Positions 48,470 to 56,254 of a stretch of 56,254 nucleotides of DNA are shown piece after piece. The notes under the pieces are model-generated. The model made no database searches. It saw only the letters and a program-made list of their open reading frames with translations, and was not told the DNA's origin. Each line of letters opens with the position of its first letter. Positions within the stretch are counted from its first letter, which is position 1. Both the position numbers and the translations under genes were made by a program. The DNA lies in NCBI RefSeq assembly GCF_001194135.2, contig NC_068989.1, positions 32,620,242 through 32,676,495 on the forward strand. Reading direction: 5' to 3'. The DNA comes from Octopus bimaculoides. Its lineage: Eukaryota.

Positions 48470-51200
48470 CTAGATCAACTGTACAGATCACAAATTTGTG
48501 GTCTGTAAAGCTGATGAGTTCGAATTGTGGACAACCTATGCTGGCCTACAAAATATCCTAGACATGATCTGGATGACCCAATGCTGTTTGCCCATGTCCA
48601 CAATGGGGCATTTGGGTAATCCAGTCTGAATCTGTCAGCCTGTTAGAAATGACTGAGCAGGTTTTCAAAGCTTGTGCACTCTTCTTTCCAATCCACTAGC
48701 CCCACCCAATCCACACGTGCATCAAAAATGGCGTTCCAGTCACCCACTAACATTAAAGAGCGATGTGTCCCTAGAAAGACCTCCAAACATCTGAAGAAGT
48801 CCAGCTGCCCCAATCCAGTTGGAGCATACACAGTGATCAGTCTGAAAGCACTGCCTTGATTATGGTTCATGTACAGGACCATTGACTTACCTTCTGAGTC
48901 CAGGAAGACCAACCGTATCTCAGGATCCAGGCCTTTTCTGAACAACACCACCACCCCATCCCACATTCCTGGTCAACTAAGAGATCTCAAAATTGTCAAA
49001 AATAGGTGCTAAGATGCATGTGTCCGTGATCCTGATCTCACTAATGGCTATTATATCCAAATTCAGCCACCTGAGGTCACTGAGCAAGCGACCTTGCTTC
49101 TAGGATGATCCCACACCACGTACATTTATGCAACCTACTCTTAGCACTGCCATATTGGCCTAAAAGGAAGGAAAGAAAGATGAAGAGTGTTACTTACCCT
49201 CCTGGTACTGTTGGAGATCAGGTAGTCCCACCTCCATTTCTTCATTGGGCTCCTTTGGGAACCCTTGTAGAAGCCTTGCATTGGCAATTACTTGAGGGAT
49301 CCCTACATTGTCTGGAAAGGCATCCCTAATTGTTTGGAAAGTGTCCAAATCCATCCTCACCATCATTAAGTCCTTTGTTAAGAGGGCCATCAGTTTTTTT
49401 TTTTGGCTCTCCTTACTAACACAGAGTTAGCTGCCAGCATCGTTGTTTTTTGCTGTTCTTGTGTTTGTGGTGTGAGTTTCCTTTTGAGATTTTTTCTGTC
49501 TGCAGTGGGGTTTTTTGGTGCTTGTGGTGCTTTAGTTAATGATTGTGGTGCTGCAGGGGTTGTCTGAGTGCCTGTGTTTGTTGTGGGTGTGTGTGTAGTT
49601 TCTTTGTTATCTTGTTTTGGTGCAGGACAAGATGTCTCATCTCTGTGACTTCTTTTCAGTTTCTTTCATTTACTCTGTTCCTCCTCATCATCACTTTTCA
49701 ATGTGTTAGAACCAGTGTCTGTTGCAACCTCCTCCTCTCTGTGTGGAAGTGAATTCGTATTTGTATGTTTATCTTTTACTGCATGTTTGTTTGTGAGAGT
49801 GGGGGGTCATTGAGCTTGGTTACAAAGAGTTGGTTTTTGTGGTTGACCTCTCCAGCAGTTTTTCCTGCTGGTGCTGTTGTTATGCTTGCCACCACCACCA
49901 CCACTGTTGCTATTTTTGCTGCTTTCCCTGTTGTTGGTGTTGATCTTTCTACAGCTGGTGCTGTCTTTTGTTTTCCCAGCCTTGGTGTTGGTGTCAACAG
50001 AGGTCCACAGATCCATGTACCTTTTCACTGAGGGCAGCATGCTTGTAAGTGTGTTGCTTCACCACAAGCGAAGCAATGAGGCCTTCTGCCCTCGGTGATC
50101 AAAGGTAATTTTGTCCTGTCCTTGAGGTAGACATGGTCTGGGATGTTCTCCAAGTCTTGTGGTTTTATTTGGATTAGCATTTCCAAATCCATCCCAACCC
50201 AGTCTTCTCTTTGTGTCCATTGGACTTTTAGGAAAAGGGTATTACTGCCCTCTGCGATCACGCATCCCATGAGCCACCATATGTTGATACCTGATGTTAT
50301 TCCAGGGATTCAAACTTTTATTGTTCTTCTGCCCATGTAGGATGGGTACATTATAAGCTGGTCAGTTTTACGGGGTCCCACCAAATGCTTCATGACCAGC
50401 TCTTCTGTTTTAAAAAGGACCAAGATGGTACCAAAACTTTGGGCCCTTTGGATGAATTCAACATCCTCTTAGATTGATCTCAGTGCCATCTCCTACTTGA
50501 AGGTGGGAGGGTTGTTCTGCTCCCCGAGACTGCACTGAGACGCACTTATACTTTACTGTCCTCTTCTCAGTTTCTACCTCCACTTCAGCTGGGATCGCAA
50601 GGTTTACCCAGGTTTTTTCTCTTTTGATGAGTTTGTGGACCAGGGCTAACATCTCATAGTACTTTTGTTGGCATTTCACAGCTGTTGCTGCAAAAGTACT
50701 TGTTCTGCTATCACTGTTGATGGTGGTGTTGGTGGTGGTGGTGGAATTGTTCATGTTGTTACTGATATTGTTACTTCCAAATACACCCACCTCTCTGTTA
50801 CTGGTGTTGGTATTGGTTGTATTCTTGATGTTTTTGTTGTCATTATTCATTCTATTATTGTTTTCTGTTAAGCTTCTCAACTCCATGTTGTTCGAGTTGT
50901 TATTTTCTGTGCTGGTATCAGTTATCATGGTATTTTCCACACTATTTCTGTTTAGGGAGTTGGCAGTTACTATCGAGTGAGTGTGTGTATTCCATTGTAT
51001 CATTTTTCTCTGTCGTAATACTTCTTTGTTCTTTGCAGTTAATTTTATTGCTGTCCATAAAGACTGTGGTCCTCAAATTGTTATTTGTGTCAGCAAAAAT
51101 TACATTTTCATGACTTTTCCTGCTGTCACAAACTGATTTGTTTTGTGTTAGAAAGTTATTCCCTTCCATGTCATTTTTCATTTGCAAACATGTAAACATT
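48470..51200 (-). mobile_element. L1-Tx1-like LINE relic 3 (ORF1 with CCHC knuckle, AP endonuclease)
   Basis: ORF1 ...LITEGRRPHCFACGEATHLQACCP; EN GVVVLFRK...AFRLITVYAP...LMLVGDWNAIFD. Confidence 0.88.
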
Positions 51201-51412
51201 TTGCATATACTTATATTTAAGCACAAGGCCCAAATATTTAGTTCTTATGCTCCCTTTTAAACACTAATGTAAACCAAAACAGTAGTTTTGATAACAAAAA
51301 TATCTGTCAAGCTTCCACAGACATTCTAGCCTTCCAATCAGAAATATAATAACAATAACAACAACAACAACAGCAATAATGATGACGACGATGATGATGA
51401 TGATGATGATAA

Positions 51413-52814
51413 TAAGCCTTCCTACTATAGGCACACAAGGTTTGACATTTTGTGGGGAGGTGTATTGTTGATTATATCAACCCAAGTGCTTGACTGGTAC
51501 TTTTTTCCTCGACCCTGAAAAGATGAAAGGCAAAGTCAACCTCAACAGAATTTGAACTCAGAACATAAAAATGGACGAAATGCTGCTAAGCATTTTCCCA
51601 GCATGCTAACGATTCTGCCAATTTGTCGCCTTATTAATAATAATAATAATCCTTTCTACTATAGGCATGATGCCTGAAATTTGGTAAGAGGGGACTAGTC
51701 GATTACATCGACCCCAGTGTTTCACTGGTACTTTTTTCATCGACCCTGAAAGAATGAAAGGCAAAGTCAACCTCGGCAGAGTATAAACTCAGAACATAAA
51801 GATAGATAAAATGTTGCTGAGCATTTTGCTCAGCATGCTAATGATTCTACCAGTTCGCCACCTTAATAATAATGATGATGGTGATGATGATGATAATTTT
51901 GGCACAAGGCCAGCAATTTTGGGGAGAGGGTAAGTCGATTATGTTGAGTCCAGTGCTTGACTGGTATTTACTTTATCAACCCTGAAAGGATGAAAATTAA
52001 TAATGATCATAATAATAATAATAATAGTAATAATGCTTTCTACACAAGGCCTGAAATTTTCAGGGAGTTTGGGGGAGCCAGTAGATTACATCAACTTCAG
52101 TACTTGACTAGTACTTATTTTATCAGCCCTGAAAGATGAAAAGCAAATTTGACCTCAGCAGAATTTAAACTCAGAACATAAAGATGGATGAAATGCTCCT
52201 AAGCAATTTTTCTGGCATGCTAACCATTCTGTCAGCTCTCCACCATAAAAGGTTTCAAATTTTGGCATAAGGCCAGCTATTTTAGAGGAGAGGATAAATG
52301 TAAATCAGTTAAGTCTACCCCAGTACTTGAATGGTGCTTCTTTAATCAACCCTGTAAGTATGAAAGGCAAAGTCGATCTCAGTGGGATTTAAACACAGAA
52401 TGTAAATAACCAAAAGAATTGCCCTAAGCATTTTGTTTGGTGTATTAACAATTCAGCCAGTTCACTCCTTAGGGTTCAAATTTTGGCACAGGACTAGCAA
52501 TTAGTGAGGGAAGGAGAAAGTCAATTACATCAGCTTCAGAACTTGACTGGTACTTATTTTATCAATATCATAAGAATGAAAGCCAAGGTTGACCTCAGTG
52601 GAATTTGAGTTCAGAATGTAAAGACAATCAAAATATCACTAAGCATTATGCCTGGCATGCTAACAGTTCTGCCAGCTCACCATCTTAATAACAATAATAA
52701 TAATAATCCTTTTTACTGTTGGTACAAGACCTGAAATTCTGTGAGGAAGGAACTAGTTGATTACATCAATCCAAGTGATCAAGTGGTACTTTTTTCATCA
52801 ACCCCAAAAGAATT
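51413..52814 (-). repeat. Cluster of seven co-oriented family-B SINEs (five near full, two partial)
   Basis: Copies start near 51413, 51648, 51894, 52033, 52251, 52472 and 52706, mostly separated by (AAT/GAT)n. The last is cut by the Gypsy LTR. Confidence 0.88.
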
Positions 52815-53215
52815 TGTTGTATTCCTCTCGGGGGACTCGCAGAGAAAACACAACGAGTTGTACTATTTAGTTATCACATTTATTTATTAACTATAAACAA
52901 AGAACGCAATCACCAAATGTTCGTTATCAAGAAACAAGAATGTTGTCCTTGCCATATATATATCAATAACATTTGACCTCGACAGTCACACAAAACAACA
53001 GCGAAACAGGGACCTCAGACGAACAACATTGAAATATGGGACTTCAGACGAACAACAAACAAATCTAACAGTCCATATAACATCTCCCCACTGAAATTGA
53101 TGCTACACAAGAAGTATCAACAGCAAAGTCTCTCTTGGGTTTTACGGGTTCTCTTGGACCGTCTTGGGTTGTCTGGTCCATATTCCAGAACAGGTAACAT
53201 GGTCTTGGGTCTGGT

Positions 53216-54487
53216 TTATCTTTGAGTTAGTGGCACAGTTTCCGAGATCTCCATCGGGTGATCTGTTGCAAATTCAAATACAGTGTCTTCTGCATCACCA
53301 GGTTCATTGTCTTCCTCAGTTGTGTACCGCGGTCGCAGCTGTTCCCAGTGTCGTCTCCACATCGGGCCATGAGGTATGACCCTGACGTTAAAGCAGGGAG
53401 TACCCAATGACTTCTTAATGATTGCTGGTACCCATCGGGGATCTTTGTCTCGGCAAGGTCCATAGTATAGTGCATACACAGGATCTCCGGCCTTGTACTG
53501 CCTGGTAACTTTAGCGACATCAGCCAAGCCTGGAGTCACCTGAGACTTATATGCTTCCTTAGACTGTTTGCTTTGAGCAATGTGTGCTGGTGATGGCAGC
53601 AGAGAATCAATCCTTGTTCGTATCTGCCGGTGATTCAAAAGTTCACTTGGAGAGAATCCACAGGATGTCGGTGTTCTCCGGTACTGCAGAATCCTCCGGT
53701 ACTGAAGTGCTCGTGTCGGCGGAAGAGAACACTTCCTCAAAGCTTGTTTGAAGGTCTGCACCAAACGTTCCGCTGCTCCGTTGGTAGCTGGGTGGTAAGG
53801 TGCCCCTGTCAGGTGTGTGATCCCACGTTCTTTGCACCAGCTCTGGAACTCCTCAGACGTAAAAGTTGGTGCGTTATCGGTGACCAGTGTGTGAGGAAAT
53901 CTGAAGTGCGCAAAGTCTTCTTCAAGCAGATTTAAAGTGGTTTTGGAGGACATGGAGGAAGTAGGATGAATGCATGGATACTTGGAATAAGCATCTGTGA
54001 TCACCAGCCAATCTCTACCCATAAAAGTTATTGCTTGGTCCAGGTGTAAGTGGNNNNNNNNNNATCTCTACCCATAAAAGTTATTGCTTGGTCCAGGTGT
54101 AAGTGGCTCCACGGCTTTTCTGGTAACATCCATGGGTGAACTGGAGGCTTAGATTGCTGCCTTTGGTATTCATTACACGAATCACATCGTTGACTGGCTA
54201 TCTCTATAGCAGCATCGATACCAGGCCAATAAACAGCAGTTCTTGCTAGTTGTTTCATGCGTTCCATGCCAAAGTGTCCAAGATGCAGAAGATTGAGGAT
54301 CTTTGGCTGCAAGCTATGTGGAATCACAACTCTAGATCCATGTATAAGGCATCCATGGCAGATACTGAGTGAGTTTGATAACTTCCGGAACTTGTTGACT
54401 TCGTCATTGATCTCCATGTTCTTTGGTGGCCAGCCTTCACGGACGTAGTGCATCACTGTTGATATCACTACCCTTTGGCCAGGTCAT
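53216..54487 (-). CDS. pol: Gypsy integrase region (HHCC zinc finger + DDE core), split only by a 10-N join
   Basis: HLGHFG...RCDSC, HLD, TDN, TNGAAER. Confidence 0.9.
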
Positions 54488-55401
54488 NNNNNNNNNNNNN
54501 NNNNNNNNNNNNNNNNNNNNNNNNNNNNNNNNNNNNNNNNNNNNNNNNNNNNNNNNNNNNNNNNNNNNNNNNNNNNNNNNNNNNNNNNNNNNNNNNNNNN
54601 NNNNNNNNNNNNNNNNNNNNNNNNNNNNNNNNNNNNNNNNNNNNNNNNNNNNNNNNNNNNNNNNNNNNNNNNNNNNNNNNNNNNNNNNNNNNNNNNNNNN
54701 NNNNNNNNNNNNNNNNNNNNNNNNNNNNNNNNNNNNNNNNNNNNNNNNNNNNNNNNNNNNNNNNNNNNNNNNNNNNNNNNNNNNNNNNNNNNNNNNNNNN
54801 NNNNNNNNNNNNNNNNNNNNNNNNNNNNNNNNNNNNNNNNNNNNNNNNNNNNNNNNNNNNNNNNNNNNNNNNNNNNNNNNNNNNNNNNNNNNNNNNNNNN
54901 NNNNNNNNNNNNNNNNNNNNNNNNNNNNNNNNNNNNNNNNNNNNNNNNNNNNNNNNNNNNNNNNNNNNNNNNNNNNNNNNNNNNNNNNNNNNNNNNNNNN
55001 NNNNNNNNNNNNNNNNNNNNNNNNNNNNNNNNNNNNNNNNNNNNNNNNNNNNNNNNNNNNNNNNNNNNNNNNNNNNNNNNNNNNNNNNNNNNNNNNNNNN
55101 NNNNNNNNNNNNNNNNNNNNNNNNNNNNNNNNNNNNNNNNNNNNNNNNNNNNNNNNNNNNNNNNNNNNNNNNNNNNNNNNNNNNNNNNNNNNNNNNNNNN
55201 NNNNNNNNNNNNNNNNNNNNNNNNNNNNNNNNNNNNNNNNNNNNNNNNNNNNNNNNNNNNNNNNNNNNNNNNNNNNNNNNNNNNNNNNNNNNNNNNNNNN
55301 NNNNNNNNNNNNNNNNNNNNNNNNNNNNNNNNNNNNNNNNNNNNNNNNNNNNNNNNNNNNNNNNNNNNNNNNNNNNNNNNNNNNNNNNNNNNNNNNNNNN
55401 N

Positions 55402-56100
55402 NTAGACAGTTTCTTTTGCAACCTTTGCTGCATCTTCAGTCTCGATGGCAACTTGGACAGCATGGGCAAAATCTAGTTCTGTGTCTTTGATCTTAAAAAG
55501 CGCCTTCAGAACCGCTTCATTGTTGACCGAACATATGAATCTCTGTCTCAGAGCTTCATCCTGTGGGTTGGTAATCGATGGAAAATCACAGGTAGCCGCA
55601 TCCTGACGTATACGTGCTGCCAGCTCCTGGAGAGTTTCGCCTGGCTTCCATTGCATATCACTCCAAAACTTGAAACGCTCTCTCACAATGAAAAGTTTTG
55701 GGTCGAACTGTTCCTTCATAAAGTCAACGATTTCGTCCATTGTCAAGTTGTTGATATCTTTAGGCGTATTTTGTTGAGTAGCCAGATTAGCAAGTTGCTT
55801 GTAAATAGTAGCAGTCTGATTGGTCAGGAACACTTGTGCCATGCGTTGTTCAGGTACAGCATTTGCAGCCACAAACGTGCGGAATCTTGACCATAGTTCT
55901 GTTGTTGAATCAAATGCAGCAAATGGTGGAATCGACACTGTTGTCGAAGCAGCTGAAAAATAGCCACTGGAATCTCCTTCAACTTGTCGGGCACCAAACA
56001 GTTTTAACAGAGTGTCCATATCTCTCTTATGTTGCTGCATTTGCTGTTCCATTTGTTCCCTAAACAACTTTATCAGCTCTACTGTCTGTTTTTTCGCCAT
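55402..56100 (-). CDS. gag: Gypsy Gag N-terminal/capsid region
   Basis: 232-aa open frame upstream of the gap (IPPFAAFDSTTELW...VRERFKFW...ELAARIRQDAATCDF...ALRQRFICSV). Confidence 0.88.
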
Positions 56101-56254
56101 GTTATTAAGATGAACAATTTTACGGCAAAGTATGCATGTAATCCTACCGGCGACGCCACTAAACTCTGTTGTATTCCTCTCGGGGGACTCGCAGAGAAAA
56201 CAACGAGTTGTACTATTTAGTTATCACATTTATTTATTAACTATAAACAAAGAA

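Larger units (their letters stand above)
52815..56254 (-). mobile_element. Young Ty3/Gypsy LTR retrotransposon
   Basis: 3' LTR 52815-53082 (TG...CA); PPT agtggggaga at 53083-53092; PBS TGGCGTCGCCGG at 56147-56158; 5' LTR from 56167 to the window end. Confidence 0.95.

Overview
Eukaryotic, repeat-saturated draft-assembly window with five long N gaps (about 2369-3036, 6601-7420, 24288-24651, 30070-30484, 54488-55401) and several 10-N joins. The repeat families resemble those I associate with an octopus/cephalopod genome (inference, not verifiable here). No host protein-coding gene can be confidently called; a CpG-retaining patch at about 13.9-15.6 kb may be a promoter or first exon. Most recognisable sequence is transposon-derived: RTE LINEs carrying a PHD-like finger inside the RT, BovB-type RTE, CR1, L1-Tx1, R4/Dong-like and Penelope (GIY-YIG) relics, one old and one young Ty3/Gypsy LTR element, mariner, Chapaev3-like and Kolobok-like DNA elements, Helitron termini, and two abundant tRNA-derived SINE families. 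The standout is a third family: a tRNA-headed (Pol III A/B box) short element whose tail carries a minimal type-I hammerhead ribozyme of the Penelope kind. It inserts as outward-facing inverted pairs inside 12-17 bp target-site duplications, with one arm about 30 nt longer. Three insertions (13.7, 16.3, 46.6 kb) share this architecture, and the 46.6 kb copy is a perfect 512-bp palindrome. The second highlight is a 3.3-kb decayed array of about 47 x 69-bp units encoding STPR-like 23-aa repeats just behind a Helitron-like 5' end. Relic boundaries are approximate unless TSDs or termini are quoted.
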